From: Armatimonadota bacterium | Lineage (GTDB): Bacteria > Armatimonadota > UBA5829 > DSUL01 | Length of the DNA stretch: 64,000 nucleotides | NCBI GenBank assembly: GCA_039811685.1 | Contig: JBDHZC010000002.1 | Span: 64,001-128,000 of the forward strand | Direction of reading: 5' to 3' | Part shown: positions 18,057 to 28,769 of the stretch, in pieces | Numbering within the stretch: the stretch's first letter is position 1 | How the letters are laid out: every line of letters starts with the position of its first letter | The notes under the pieces: model-generated | Database searches by the model: none | Seen by the model: the letters and a program-made list of their open reading frames with translations, nothing else | Told to the model about the DNA's origin: nothing | Position numbers and translations under genes: made by a program

Positions 18057-18111
18057 CGGACTCCTCCGGTTTTCCCTGATTTCTTCAGCTTTGCGAGTGC
18101 CCAATCAAGCG

Positions 18112-18915
18112 TCAAGAAATGGCCTCCTCAATGGACGGCGCCAGTTCGTCCTCCTCGTCGGCAAAGTGCGGCAGTTTGGCAAGCTCTTCCAGAGCGTCCA
18201 GTGGCTGTTCGACAGATTCATCTGCAACGAGGCGACCGTCCTTGAAGCGCACAATGCGCCGGCAGTGCATTGCTACATCATATTCGTGTGTGACCATCAC
18301 AATAGTTTTACCCTGTGCGTTCAGGCGCTGGAAAATAGCGAGAAGCTCCTGTCCACTGCGGGTATCCAGTGCGCCGGTGGGTTCGTCCGCCATGATTAGC
18401 GTAGGGTTGTTGACAAGCGCGCGGGCGACGGCGACGCGTTGCTGCTGGCCGCCGGAAAGCTCCGTTGGTTTGTGATCCAGCCGGTCACCGAGCCCAACCG
18501 CTTTCAGCGCCTCTATAGCCCGGCTTTCCCGGTCTTCTCCGCCGCTATAGATCATCGGCAACTGCACCTGCCTCAAAGCTGATGTCCGGGGCAACAGATT
18601 GAACTGCTGAAAGACGAAGCCCATTTTCCGGTTGCGCACCCGCGCCAGTTCATCTTCCGTCATGTCCGAGACGTTCACTCCGTCCAGCCAGTAATCTCCT
18701 TCACTGGCCTGGTCCAGACATCCAATGATGTTCATCAGGGTGGATTTACCCGAGCCTGAGGGTCCCATAACCGCTATCAACTCGCCGCGGTGAATGTCCA
18801 GGTCCACGTGGCGCAACGCGTGCACGCGCGTGCTGCCAAGGTCGTATATCTTGGAAATATCTCGCACAGATATGACAGGTGGAGTCCCGTCTGGCGTGAC
18901 TGCGGAGGCCATCAC
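18112..18915 (-). CDS. ABC ATP-binding protein (MacB/LolD type)
   Basis: GPSGSGKS, LSGGQQQRV, DEPTGALD. Confidence 0.95.
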   Translation of the reverse strand: MMASAVTPDGTPPVISVRDISKIYDLGSTRVHALRHVDLDIHRGELIAVMGPSGSGKSTLMNIIGCLDQASEGDYWLDGVNVSDMTEDELARVRNRKMGFVFQQFNLLPRTSALRQVQLPMIYSGGEDRESRAIEALKAVGLGDRLDHKPTELSGGQQQRVAVARALVNNPTLIMADEPTGALDTRSGQELLAIFQRLNAQGKTIVMVTHEYDVAMHCRRIVRFKDGRLVADESVEQPLDALEELAKLPHFADEEDELAPSIEEAIS

Positions 18916-20540
18916 CTGCCGCCACCCCCGCGAGCGCCCCCGCCCTGACGTGCGCCAGATCCACTGCTGGACCCTCTGCGCCCCGGCGGCCCAAAGGCCA
19001 GCGGGTTGTTCACTTGGGAAGCCTCCGGTTCGATGGTGCGGGTGATCACGCTATCCCCTGCTTTCAACCCGGACTTGATCTCCGTGGTCTCTGGCCCGGG
19101 CACACCAACTTCCACTTCAAAGTCTTTCGGCTTGCCGTTGACCATCTTCTGCACTGTGTAAATGCCGTTCTCTTCGTGGAGAGCTTCATTCGGAACAGTC
19201 AGAACACCCAGAGCCTCGTCCACAATAAACTCACAATCCGCGGTCATTCCGGGCTTGAAGCGGGGATCAGGATCCTGAATCTCCACAGTCACGGGGACAG
19301 TAGTCACGTTTTGCTGTAGCACCGCCTGCGGATCAATTCTGATAACTCTGCCATCCACGAGCATGGAAGGATAGGCGTCTATCTTGATAGAGACTCTCTG
19401 CCCTTGACTCACCTGTCCAATATCAGTCTCATCTACCTGGCAGACAATCCACAACCGCGATGTGTCGCCAATCTGAAGCAGCGCATTCGTGCTGCCAATG
19501 GACGCGCGGCTGCTCGGGACAACTGTGCCTTCCTCTACGTTTTTCTGAATGACCACCCCATCCCGTGGAGCGAGAATACGTGTGTAGCCGAGGTTCGTGG
19601 AAGCCTGCTCCAGTTGGGCTTCGCTGCGCATCACCTGCGCTTTCGCAGCCTGCGCCTGCTGGCTTTTTACAAAATCCTGAAAGCTGTTGCGTCTGGCCAG
19701 CGCGAGGGCGGCTGTGGCCTGCGCGACGCGAGCCTTACTATCCTGTATAGAGGCATCCGCCTGTTTAATACGCGCCTGCAGTGACTGAACAGCAAGCTGA
19801 TTCTGACGGCTGACTGTCTTCTCCCGCTGCCGTGCCGTGTTAGCTGAGGCTTGCCGGGTAGCCAGAGTGGCCCTGGCGCTGTCAACCTCACTCTGCGACG
19901 TATAGCCTTTCGCCAAAAGCTTCTGCTGCCGGGCATACTCGGCTGTAGCGGCATCCAGATTAGCCTGCGCCTCGTGCAGGTCGCTCTGGGCGTTTTCGAG
20001 ATTTTGAGGGTTGGTGACTTCCTGCTGAGTCGCCAGGTCCTGCTGAAGCTGTTTCTTCTGTTCCTGCGCCTGAGCAACGGACTGGCGCGCGGAATCCAGG
20101 CTCGCCTGAGCCTCCTGAATTGACAGACGAGTAAGCGTCGGCTGCGCCGAGCTGGCCGCCGCCGCCTGAGCGGCGCTGGCGCGGGAAGACATAACATCCG
20201 AGCGCGCCTGCGTCACTGCCGCGACAGAGTCTGTCGGGTCAATCAAAGCAATGAGCTGTCCGGCCTTGACACGGTCTCCAAGGTCGACGGCGAGTTTGTC
20301 CACCCGTCCAGCGACGTTGGATTTTACATCAACGGTCTTCCACGGCTGAATCGTGCCGGTGGCCGTAACGGAGCTGCGGACATCGCCGACTTCCACTTCT
20401 CCAAACTCATAAGTAGTCTGGGAGCTTTCATCCGCGTTGCGGCGGTGCTGGATGACAAAACCGGCGATAAGCACGATGACGATACCGAGAACCCACACGG
20501 CGCGGTTCTGCCAGATGCTTTTCTTTCTGCGCTCACGCAT
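18912..20540 (-). CDS. Efflux periplasmic adaptor (MacA-like, long coiled coil)
   Basis: N-terminal TM, VKSNVAGRV..GDRVKAGQ, APRDGVV, VDETDIG, PGMTA. Confidence 0.92.
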   Translation of the reverse strand: MRERRKKSIWQNRAVWVLGIVIVLIAGFVIQHRRNADESSQTTYEFGEVEVGDVRSSVTATGTIQPWKTVDVKSNVAGRVDKLAVDLGDRVKAGQLIALIDPTDSVAAVTQARSDVMSSRASAAQAAAASSAQPTLTRLSIQEAQASLDSARQSVAQAQEQKKQLQQDLATQQEVTNPQNLENAQSDLHEAQANLDAATAEYARQQKLLAKGYTSQSEVDSARATLATRQASANTARQREKTVSRQNQLAVQSLQARIKQADASIQDSKARVAQATAALALARRNSFQDFVKSQQAQAAKAQVMRSEAQLEQASTNLGYTRILAPRDGVVIQKNVEEGTVVPSSRASIGSTNALLQIGDTSRLWIVCQVDETDIGQVSQGQRVSIKIDAYPSMLVDGRVIRIDPQAVLQQNVTTVPVTVEIQDPDPRFKPGMTADCEFIVDEALGVLTVPNEALHEENGIYTVQKMVNGKPKDFEVEVGVPGPETTEIKSGLKAGDSVITRTIEPEASQVNNPLAFGPPGRRGSSSGSGARQGGGARGGGGR

Positions 20541-20600
20541 TGCGGCGCATCCTGACTTCTTCGGCGCACCCGAGCGAGAGAGAGTAGTAATGCTTTGCTG

Positions 20601-22055
20601 TCATTGCAGATTTCCCACAGCGCGGTCCAGTTGAACCCGCGCCAGTTGATAGTCAAACTGAGCCTGAATGGCACTGTTGGCGGCAGTGGCGTACTGCACC
20701 TGAGCCTGGACAAGCTCAATTACCGAGATACCGCTCGCGCCGAGCGAATAGCGCTCTGTTGTCTGCTGCAGGTTGACCTGAGCGGCTTCGAGTGCTGTCT
20801 GACTTGCGCCCACCCGCTCCCGGGCGCTCTGTAAATTGTTGTAGGCGTCTGTCACATCGGCGGCCACGTCCTTGACCGTCTGCTCCAGTTGCGCCTGAGC
20901 GCTCAACTCATTTGCCCGCGCTTCTTCCTCCTGCGCACGCGTCAAACCGGCGTCAAAAAGCGGCATCGCAACAGCCGTCAAAAGCGTCCAGTTCTGTCGC
21001 ATGGAGTCTGCGTTGGGCGTCCAATCGGCCCTCAGTGACGCATCCACCCTGGGAAGGCGATTGACGCGGGCGATTCTGATGCCCTCCCGCGACTGCTGCA
21101 CCTGAGCCTGCGCGCGCTGGACTTCCGGCCTGCGACGCTGCGCCTCTGCCTGCAGTTCGGATAGCGGTCTTTCAGGGCCAGGGGGAAGCTCAGCAGACGG
21201 CGGAGCATTCAGCGCATCCGGTGAGATACGCGACGCGTCGTCCGTGGGCACAGCCATCTTCAGAGGGATCGGCGAAGCCTCCTGTGCGAGTTTCAGCGGC
21301 GGACCGGCTGCCAGCCCGATTGTGTTGCGAAGTGCGTTGGCGGCTACGGCAAGGTCGTTTTTCGCCTGAATGAGATCCACCTGACGATTGCGAAGCTCCG
21401 AGATTGGGAGCGCCTCGTCGGCTGCCGCTGCGGCTCCGGCAGAAATCCGCTCCTTCACCCCACGCACCTGCTCCTCAGCCAGGCGCACCTGCTCTGAGCG
21501 CAGGGTCAATAGATCGCTGGCGCGAAGCTGTCCGTAGTAGGCGTTAGCCACCAGGAGGCCGAGATCGTTTTCCACTGTATTGAGCGACGCTTTGGAGCTG
21601 TCAACTCCGGCCCGCGCTTGCCGCACCCGCGCTGAGGTCAACCCACCGTCATAAATGTTGAAATCAAGGCTGGCATCGGGCTGCAATCTGGAGGTGGTAG
21701 TGCTGGTGACGAAGTTTCCGGAAGAAAGCGCGCGGCTTGTACGCCCGGCTACCGCGTACGAAACGCTACCTGTGAGCATCGGCAAGTTTCCGGTTTTCTG
21801 CTGATTCAGACGCTCCTCAGACGCTGTGACGCCGTGCTGCGCTGAGAGGACACTGCCCTGATTCTGACGCGCAACTAAGACAGCCTGCTCCAGAGTCAGT
21901 GGGCCACTCAGATCGGAAGGCGCGCTCTGCGCTTGTGGCTGTCCAGGCGCAGTGCTCTGCTCAGCGACACACCGACCAGTAAACGTCACGGACAGCGCGC
22001 ATGTAAGACTGAGTGCAAGGCAGAGTGGTGGCAATTGGAACAAAGGTCTAGGCAA
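20601..22055 (-). CDS. TolC-family outer membrane efflux protein
   Basis: Signal peptide, two OEP repeats (IYDGG / LFDAG, ANAYY, RYSLG). Confidence 0.9.
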   Translation of the reverse strand: MPRPLFQLPPLCLALSLTCALSVTFTGRCVAEQSTAPGQPQAQSAPSDLSGPLTLEQAVLVARQNQGSVLSAQHGVTASEERLNQQKTGNLPMLTGSVSYAVAGRTSRALSSGNFVTSTTTSRLQPDASLDFNIYDGGLTSARVRQARAGVDSSKASLNTVENDLGLLVANAYYGQLRASDLLTLRSEQVRLAEEQVRGVKERISAGAAAAADEALPISELRNRQVDLIQAKNDLAVAANALRNTIGLAAGPPLKLAQEASPIPLKMAVPTDDASRISPDALNAPPSAELPPGPERPLSELQAEAQRRRPEVQRAQAQVQQSREGIRIARVNRLPRVDASLRADWTPNADSMRQNWTLLTAVAMPLFDAGLTRAQEEEARANELSAQAQLEQTVKDVAADVTDAYNNLQSARERVGASQTALEAAQVNLQQTTERYSLGASGISVIELVQAQVQYATAANSAIQAQFDYQLARVQLDRAVGNLQ

Positions 22056-22614
22056 TGGATCCCCCGGTGTGAGAGCTGGTCTGTGAGTCTGCGCGCGCGG
22101 TAATATGGCGCTCGAGTGTTGTGCGCAGTGTGTTCATCGCCAGCATTATAAGGCTTTTCTCCGTCTGTGAGAGTGGCTGCAGAATCCGCTCCAGAGTCCC
22201 GACAGCAACGGCGTGAACTTCGGCGATGGTCCGTTCTCCCAGGGGTGTGAGACGCAGCTTTACGCGCCGGCGGTCGTCTTCAGACACCTCCCGGTCAAGA
22301 AGTCCACGATCTACCAGACCGTCAACGAGCCTGGAGACAGCCGAAAGGGTGGCCCCGACATGTTCTGTCAGGCGCGATAAATGGACGCCTTCATGCCGCT
22401 CGATGAACTTCAGCGCGCGGAACTGCTGCATGGACAAATCTACCGCTCGCCTGGCGTCTATTTCGCCCTTGACAGCGCGCATGACCAGCGGCACCGTCTC
22501 AAATACAGCAGCAGCGCATCCATCGGCCGCAGCCAGATCCGAAGCTGCGCTGACGCCAACAGGTATCTCAGTTGCTCCGGCACTCCCTTGCTTAGACGTA
22601 TTCTGACCCCGCAT
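22048..22614 (-). CDS. MarR-family transcriptional regulator
   Basis: LSMQQF, SRLVDGLVDRGL, DDRRRV.LRLT. Confidence 0.92.
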   Translation of the reverse strand: MRGQNTSKQGSAGATEIPVGVSAASDLAAADGCAAAVFETVPLVMRAVKGEIDARRAVDLSMQQFRALKFIERHEGVHLSRLTEHVGATLSAVSRLVDGLVDRGLLDREVSEDDRRRVKLRLTPLGERTIAEVHAVAVGTLERILQPLSQTEKSLIMLAMNTLRTTLERHITARADSQTSSHTGGSIA

Positions 22615-22704
22615 GATTAACAGCTAAATTGATTTCAATGAGAAAGCATTCTCCTGCGATTGAACAGCTTTCTAATACAGAAACGTGCGACATAGCGAAA
22701 AAGT

Positions 22705-22740
22705 TGCTTGCGTTAGTAAAGTATTTTGGAAACGCAAGCA
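22705..22740. promoter_or_regulatory. Inverted repeat (MarR operator or rnj operon terminator)
   Basis: TGCTTGCGTT-N16-AACGCAAGCA, with a T-run following on the minus strand. Confidence 0.4.
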
Positions 22741-22811
22741 GGACACAGTGCAGGGATAGGTGAGCAAGAGAGGCAGACGAGCAGTTGCGGGGTGTGGAAG
22801 TCTGGGACTAA

Positions 22812-24527
22812 TCAGACTTCCATAATTGTGGGAATGATGACCGGGCGGCGCCGCGTGCGGGCGTTGACAAACTTCGCCAGAGCGCTGCGAATCTCGAGCT
22901 TGGCGGTTGCGGGGTCTGTCGCCGCTTCCGGAGAGATTGTTTCCAGGCGCTCGGCTACGACTTCGCGAGCCTCGGTGAGGAAAGCCTCCTCATCCTCCAT
23001 GAACCCACGCGCTATGATGTCCGGGCCCGCCAGAACGCGGCCTGTATGCTGATCGATTGAGATGACCACCACCAGAACCCCGTCATTCGCCAGATGCCAG
23101 CGGTCGCGAAGCGCCACATCGCCGACATCTCCAACACCCAGTCCATCCACCATCACGTTGCCCGCATACGGCAGATGGCCGATAATCTCAGCATCCTGCG
23201 CCGTCATCTGCAGCATATCCCCGACTTCCAAGCGGAAGACATTCGCAGACCGGTAGCCGGTCTCCACAGCCATCTCACCGTACTTCACAAGATGCCGGAA
23301 CTCACCGTGAACTGGCACAACGTACTGCGGTTGTAGCAGATTCAGCATCATCCGCAACTCCTCGCGGTTAGCGTGGCCGGAGACGTGCACCGTTTCAATG
23401 TCGTCATAAATGACGCTGGCTCCACGCTTGAAGAGATTGTTGATGACGCGCTGAACCAGGTTTTCATTCCCCGGAATGGGTTTGGCAGAGATAATCACTG
23501 TATCGCCCTGCTGAATCTTCAGCCGCCGGTGATCATCCATAGAAAGCCGCGCCAGTACAGATAGCGGTTCACCCTGGCTGCCTGTGCTGATCACTGTAAT
23601 CTGATTTGGAGCATAGCTGTCAAGCTGGTCCAGCGAAATCAGCGCCCAGTCCGGAATCTGCAGATACCCCAGCTCCCGCGCTATACGGACATTCTGCTCC
23701 ATGCTGCGCCCGACTACGGCGAGGTGGCGGTTATGCTTGATGGACAGGTCCGCAATCTGCTGGATGCGGTGAATGTTGGAAGCAAAGCTGGCAGCAATCA
23801 CGCGCCCCGGAGCGTCCGAGAAGATGCGGTCAAAAGTCTGAGACAAGGCGCTTTCGCTGCGGGTAAAACCAGGCCGCTCGATGTTGGTGCTGTCGCTGGT
23901 GAGAGCCAGAACGCCTTCGCGTCCGATCTCGGCGAAGCGGGCGATATCCGCGCGACGTCCATCAAGCGGCATGGGATCGAACTTGAAGTCGCTGGTGTGG
24001 ACGATAGTCCCCGCAGGCGTGCGCACCGCCAAAGAGCACGCGTCGGGAATGCTGTGAGCGACGTGGATGAACTCAACTTCAAAGGGCCCGGCCTCAATGC
24101 GATCACCGGCGACAACGTCATTCAACAAGTCGTCCGTAAGTCCGTGCTCTTCCAGCTTGCCGCGCACAAGCCCGAGCGTCAGACGGGTAGCGTAAACCGG
24201 CGCCGGTACATCCCGGATGAGGTACGCAAGACCACCAATATGATCTTCGTGTCCGTGCGTCAGGAAAATTCCGACAACATCTTCGCGGCGTTTGACGAGA
24301 TAGGAGATGTCCGGAATGACCAGATCTACCCCCAGCATCTGCTCATCAGGGAACATCAAGCCGGCGTCAATGACAATGATCTTGCCGCCGTGACAGACCA
24401 GCAGCATGTTCTTGCCGATTTCGCCCACACCCCCCAGCGGAATCAGCGCAACGGCATTGGGGTCAGGAACAGGCGCTTCGACGACTGTCTCACCGTCAAG
24501 CTGAGTTACTTCCACAGAGTCTTTCAA
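22812..24527 (-). CDS. rnj: Ribonuclease J
   Basis: PLGGVGEIGKN, THGHEDHIG, HVSGH, PVHGEFRH. Confidence 0.96.
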   Translation of the reverse strand: MKDSVEVTQLDGETVVEAPVPDPNAVALIPLGGVGEIGKNMLLVCHGGKIIVIDAGLMFPDEQMLGVDLVIPDISYLVKRREDVVGIFLTHGHEDHIGGLAYLIRDVPAPVYATRLTLGLVRGKLEEHGLTDDLLNDVVAGDRIEAGPFEVEFIHVAHSIPDACSLAVRTPAGTIVHTSDFKFDPMPLDGRRADIARFAEIGREGVLALTSDSTNIERPGFTRSESALSQTFDRIFSDAPGRVIAASFASNIHRIQQIADLSIKHNRHLAVVGRSMEQNVRIARELGYLQIPDWALISLDQLDSYAPNQITVISTGSQGEPLSVLARLSMDDHRRLKIQQGDTVIISAKPIPGNENLVQRVINNLFKRGASVIYDDIETVHVSGHANREELRMMLNLLQPQYVVPVHGEFRHLVKYGEMAVETGYRSANVFRLEVGDMLQMTAQDAEIIGHLPYAGNVMVDGLGVGDVGDVALRDRWHLANDGVLVVVISIDQHTGRVLAGPDIIARGFMEDEEAFLTEAREVVAERLETISPEAATDPATAKLEIRSALAKFVNARTRRRPVIIPTIMEV

Positions 24528-25462
24528 ACTCTTGCGATCTCAGCCTTGAGATCCACCCCGCTCTTCAGCGCGTTCAAAGCCGCCTGAAGCTGGGAAATCT
24601 CTGCCTCCGTCGCATCCACCATGGGCAGGCGCATCCCCCCGCAGTCCCAACCGCTGAGTTTCAGCGCAGCTTTCACGGGCACAGGGTTCGTGGTGATAAA
24701 CAGAGACTTGAAGAAGGGGAACAACTCCGCGTTGCGCCTGGCGGCCTCTTCAGGGCGCCCTTCCACAAAGGCGGCCACCATCTGCTGAATCTGTGCGCTG
24801 ACCAGATGCCCCGCCACACTGACCACGCCAACGCCGCCCACGCTCATAATTGGAAGCGTGATGCTGTCGTCCCCACTATAGACATCAAAATCCGGGCGGA
24901 CGGGGTGGACGCGAGAGATAATGTCAGTTACCTGATCCAGCACTCCGCTGGCCTCTTTGACGCCCACGATTGTCGGCAGCTTCGCAAGTCGCGCTACGGT
25001 CGAAGGCTCCATGTTGACGGAGCACCGCCCCGGGATATTGTAGAGAATAATCGGCAACTCCGTGTGCTCTGTGACGTACTTGAAATGCTGATACAAACCC
25101 TCCTGAGAAGGCTTGTTGTAATAAGGAGCTACCAGCAGCAGCGCATCACACCCGGCTTTCTGAGCGTAATGGCAGAGTTCAAGGCACTCGGAGGTGGAGT
25201 TAGCGCCCGCGCCTCCGATTACAGCGCCTTTGTCACCGACGGCCTCCCGTACAACACGGAAGAGCTCTCCCTGCTCCTGCATAGTCAGCGTTGCGGACTC
25301 ACCTGTTGTACCAGCGATCACCACGCCGTCCGAACCCGACTCGATGATCGCTATGGCCAGCTCGGCGGCACGGTCGTAGTCCATAGAAAGATCGGCCTTG
25401 AACGGTGTGACCATAGCGGTCAGAACCCGGCCGAATCGAGGTTGCCTTGCGCTGTGCGGCAT
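24524..25462 (-). CDS. dapA: 4-hydroxy-tetrahydrodipicolinate synthase
   Basis: GTTGES, PYYNKP, YNIPGR, GVKEA; likely start ATG 25462, coupled to the asd stop. Confidence 0.96.
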   Translation of the reverse strand: MPHSARQPRFGRVLTAMVTPFKADLSMDYDRAAELAIAIIESGSDGVVIAGTTGESATLTMQEQGELFRVVREAVGDKGAVIGGAGANSTSECLELCHYAQKAGCDALLLVAPYYNKPSQEGLYQHFKYVTEHTELPIILYNIPGRCSVNMEPSTVARLAKLPTIVGVKEASGVLDQVTDIISRVHPVRPDFDVYSGDDSITLPIMSVGGVGVVSVAGHLVSAQIQQMVAAFVEGRPEEAARRNAELFPFFKSLFITTNPVPVKAALKLSGWDCGGMRLPMVDATEAEISQLQAALNALKSGVDLKAEIARV

Positions 25463-26487
25463 CAGTTTCTCCTCAACCAACCGTTCTTGACAGCAATTTC
25501 TGCAATCTGAACGGCATTCGTAGCCGCGCCCTTGCGGATGTTGTCGGCCACCACCCAGATATCCAGGGCATTGGGGTTGCCCGGGTCCTGGCGAATGCGA
25601 CCCACGTACGTCTCATCCTTATCCTCAACGTCCAGCGGCATGGGGTATTTACCGCTGGCCGGGTCGTCAATGACAACTATACCCGGCTCATCGGCCAGCA
25701 GCTTTCGCGCTTCATCCGGAGTGATCGGGTGCTCAAACTCAACGTTGATCGTTTCGGAGTGCCCACGGCGCACCGGTACACGCACACAGGTGGCAGACAC
25801 GGGCAGATTCGGGACGCCAAAGATCTTGCGAGTTTCCTTGATCATTTTAATTTCTTCCCCGTAGTACCCCGGAAACTCGTCTTTGAGGCTGCTGATCTGC
25901 GGAATCAGGTTACCCAGAATCTGATAAGAATATTGCTCAACAGTCTTTACGCCACCCTCAGCGTACTCCATCACCTGCTTTTCGAGCTCGCGCACAGCCC
26001 CGCCTCCACTTCCAGAAACGGACTGGTAGGTGGAGACAACCACGCGGCGCATCTTCGCCTTTCTGTGGAGTGGCGCAAGCGCTGCCACCATCTGGATAGT
26101 GCTGCAGTTGGGATTGGAGACGAAGCCCTGATGCGACGCGATGTCTTCCGCATTGGCCTCCGGCACCACCAGTGGCACGCGGTCGTCCATACGGAAATCA
26201 TCCCCGTTGTCGATGACGAAACACCCGCGCTTCACCGCCTCCCAGCCAAAGGTCTGGCTTGCTCCCTTCTCACCTTCCGTGCCAGCAAAAAACGCAATAT
26301 CCTTGCCATCAAAGGCTTCGGCGGAGGTCGGCAGGACGGTGTATTCATCGCCGTCGATGATCTGTTTGCGCGCGCTGCGGGCCAGTATCGTGAGGTTCTT
26401 AACCGGAAACTTCCGCTGCTTTAGAACCTTGACCATCTCTTCGCCGACCAGACCGGCGCCGACAACAACGACCTCGTAGCTTTCCAT
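25462..26487 (-). CDS. asd: Aspartate-semialdehyde dehydrogenase
   Basis: NPNCST, TYQSVSGSG, CVRVPV..GHSE, DNIRKGAA.NAVQIAE. Confidence 0.96.
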   Translation of the reverse strand: MESYEVVVVGAGLVGEEMVKVLKQRKFPVKNLTILARSARKQIIDGDEYTVLPTSAEAFDGKDIAFFAGTEGEKGASQTFGWEAVKRGCFVIDNGDDFRMDDRVPLVVPEANAEDIASHQGFVSNPNCSTIQMVAALAPLHRKAKMRRVVVSTYQSVSGSGGGAVRELEKQVMEYAEGGVKTVEQYSYQILGNLIPQISSLKDEFPGYYGEEIKMIKETRKIFGVPNLPVSATCVRVPVRRGHSETINVEFEHPITPDEARKLLADEPGIVVIDDPASGKYPMPLDVEDKDETYVGRIRQDPGNPNALDIWVVADNIRKGAATNAVQIAEIAVKNGWLRRN

Positions 26488-26618
26488 TATCTTATGAAGC
26501 TGAACCTTTCCTGAAATGCGCCTGTCGAAGTTAATCGAAGGCGGCCTGTAGTGAAATCTGTCTTGTCACCGGTAGCTGTACGGCCAGGCCGTCCGGTGAC
26601 AGGCCAGCGAACTAGAGT

Positions 26619-27386
26619 CTAGCCGAACAGGAAGTTTTCTAACCCGTACACCAATCCCTGATGCTCGCGAATGCGACGCACGCCCAGCAGGACTCCCGGC
26701 ATAAAGCTCTTGCGGTCGAACGAATCGTGCCGGATTGTCAGCGCCTCTCCGGGATTGCCAAAAAGCACCTCCTGATGCGCCACCAGACCAGGCAGGCGCA
26801 CGCTGTGGACAGCGACTCCAGATACGGCCTGTCCACGCGCAGGGGCTCTACTGGTATCTGATTGCGCTGCAGGCTGCCAGTTTTCCCCTATTTTACCAGC
26901 CGTCATGAGCGCTGTCCCGGACGGAGCGTCCACCTTTTTGTCGTGGTGGAGCTCGATTATCTCAACTCCTTCGAAAAAGGCGCTGGCTTTGCGGGCAAAC
27001 TCCATCATCAGAACCGCGCCAACCGCAAAGTTCGGCGCTACGAGAATGCCAACGGAGCGCGCTCTGGCAGCGTCGTCGAGATACTGACGCTGTTCCTCCG
27101 AAAGCCCTGTCGTCCCTACCACACAGTGCGCCCCAGCGCGAAGAGTCTTCATAGCGTTGTCATAGACGCTGGCGGGAACGGAGAAGTCCACTACAACGTC
27201 GGGACGTGCATTTTCAAGCAGATCCTCTATTCGATCGTAGCGATTTTCCGATACACTCGCTTGTGCCGAAGGATCCGCGCCCCCAACATAGAGCATGTCC
27301 GAGGCGCCTTGCACGGCTTCCACTACATTGGCGCCCATCCGCCCAAGAAATCCAGAAACTCCAACCCTAACGGGGTCTGACATCAC
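26619..27386 (-). CDS. dapB: 4-hydroxy-tetrahydrodipicolinate reductase
   Basis: GRMG, VGTTG, ELHHDKKVDAPSGTA. Confidence 0.96.
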   Translation of the reverse strand: MMSDPVRVGVSGFLGRMGANVVEAVQGASDMLYVGGADPSAQASVSENRYDRIEDLLENARPDVVVDFSVPASVYDNAMKTLRAGAHCVVGTTGLSEEQRQYLDDAARARSVGILVAPNFAVGAVLMMEFARKASAFFEGVEIIELHHDKKVDAPSGTALMTAGKIGENWQPAAQSDTSRAPARGQAVSGVAVHSVRLPGLVAHQEVLFGNPGEALTIRHDSFDRKSFMPGVLLGVRRIREHQGLVYGLENFLFG

Positions 27387-27506
27387 TTATCGCCTACCAG
27401 TTTAACCCTATGTCACCGCCGCGGCGCCTCGTGTATCCTGCACGTGACAACCGCCAGGAAAGCCGCTGAGATGACGTCCTCGCGTTACAGACAGCCAGTG
27501 GGACTT

Positions 27507-28769
27507 TCAAGACGGTAAGCCTGCCGTCTTTAGCGTCCTTTCAACGTCTTCCACGGGACCAATCACCGCCATAGACATTTTGTCTGGCTGCAACACTTCG
27601 TTGGCCACAGCAATTACGTCCTGGGGTGTTACCGCCATAATTGCCGAGATGACTTCCTCCAGAGTAATCAGACGCCCGTAGTCCAAGAGACTCCTGGCCA
27701 TCCGTCCCATGCGGCTTCCCATACTCTCTTCAGAGAATAGCAGGGAACCCCGGATCAGTGTCTGGGCGCGCTTGAACTCCTCCTCCGGCACTGGCTCTGT
27801 GCGCACGCGCCGGCACTCATCATGCACCAGGCTGACTACCTCGCCCAGAGTGCTGACCCCTGTGCCGCCGTACACCGCAAACATTCCGCCCTCGTGGAAG
27901 CTCACCCGGTAAGAGCCGATGTCATAGGCCAGGCCGCGCTTCTCGCGAACTTCCTGAAACAGGCGACTGCTCATCCCGCCGCCCATGACAACATCCAGAA
28001 TGGCCAGCGCGTACTTCCGGTCGTCCTTCTCGGCATAACCCGGAGCGCCAAGGCAGAAGTAAGCGGCTTCAGTGTCCTTGTCAACAAGGCGGGTATCCGG
28101 ATGATGGTGAAGCGGCGGAATCTCTTGCTCCACAGACTCCCCGCTCAACTGCCCGAGCGTGCCTTCGGCAAGCTCTACAATCTGCTCGTGCGCCAGATTA
28201 CCGGCCGCAGACACGACGATATGCTGCGGCGTGTAATGTTCCCGCAAGTACGCCCGGAGCGTGTCGGAGGTCGCATTCCGCACTGTCTGTTCGCTACCCA
28301 GTACGCTGTGTCCAAGTTGATGTCCATCCCATGACACTTCCGCCAGGACGTCGTGGACATGGTCTTCCGGCATATCTGTATGGCGGCGTATCTCCTCCAC
28401 AACGACGTCTTTTTCTCTCTCCAACTCCTGCGTATCCAGCGCCGAATCCAAAACCATGTCCGTGAGCACATCCATGCCAAGAGGCACATACTCCTTGAGC
28501 ATGCGGACGTAATATGTTGTGTACTCACGGTCTGTGGCGGCGTTGATATGACCGCCGACCGAGGCCACCTCATCCGCAATGCCTTTTGCGCTTCGACGAT
28601 GGGTGCCTTTGAAAAGCATATGCTCCAGGAAGTGAGAAACGCCGTACTGTGAAGGCTGTTCGTTCTTGGCGCCCGCGCCGACCCAGACACCAAGCGCCAC
28701 ACTCTCCACGTACGGAACATGCTCAGTGATAACACGAACTCCATTTTTCAGTAAAGTTGTCTTGACCAT
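27507..28769 (-). CDS. M16 (pitrilysin-family) zinc peptidase
   Basis: HFLEHMLFKGT (HxxEH), SSRLFQEVREKRGLAY. Confidence 0.95.
   Translation of the reverse strand: MVKTTLLKNGVRVITEHVPYVESVALGVWVGAGAKNEQPSQYGVSHFLEHMLFKGTHRRSAKGIADEVASVGGHINAATDREYTTYYVRMLKEYVPLGMDVLTDMVLDSALDTQELEREKDVVVEEIRRHTDMPEDHVHDVLAEVSWDGHQLGHSVLGSEQTVRNATSDTLRAYLREHYTPQHIVVSAAGNLAHEQIVELAEGTLGQLSGESVEQEIPPLHHHPDTRLVDKDTEAAYFCLGAPGYAEKDDRKYALAILDVVMGGGMSSRLFQEVREKRGLAYDIGSYRVSFHEGGMFAVYGGTGVSTLGEVVSLVHDECRRVRTEPVPEEEFKRAQTLIRGSLLFSEESMGSRMGRMARSLLDYGRLITLEEVISAIMAVTPQDVIAVANEVLQPDKMSMAVIGPVEDVERTLKTAGLPS

Noticed and set aside
26488..26618. Lysine riboswitch upstream of asd
   Set aside because: Interval too short; only one hairpin (TGTCACCGG/CCGGTGACA) and no L-box core
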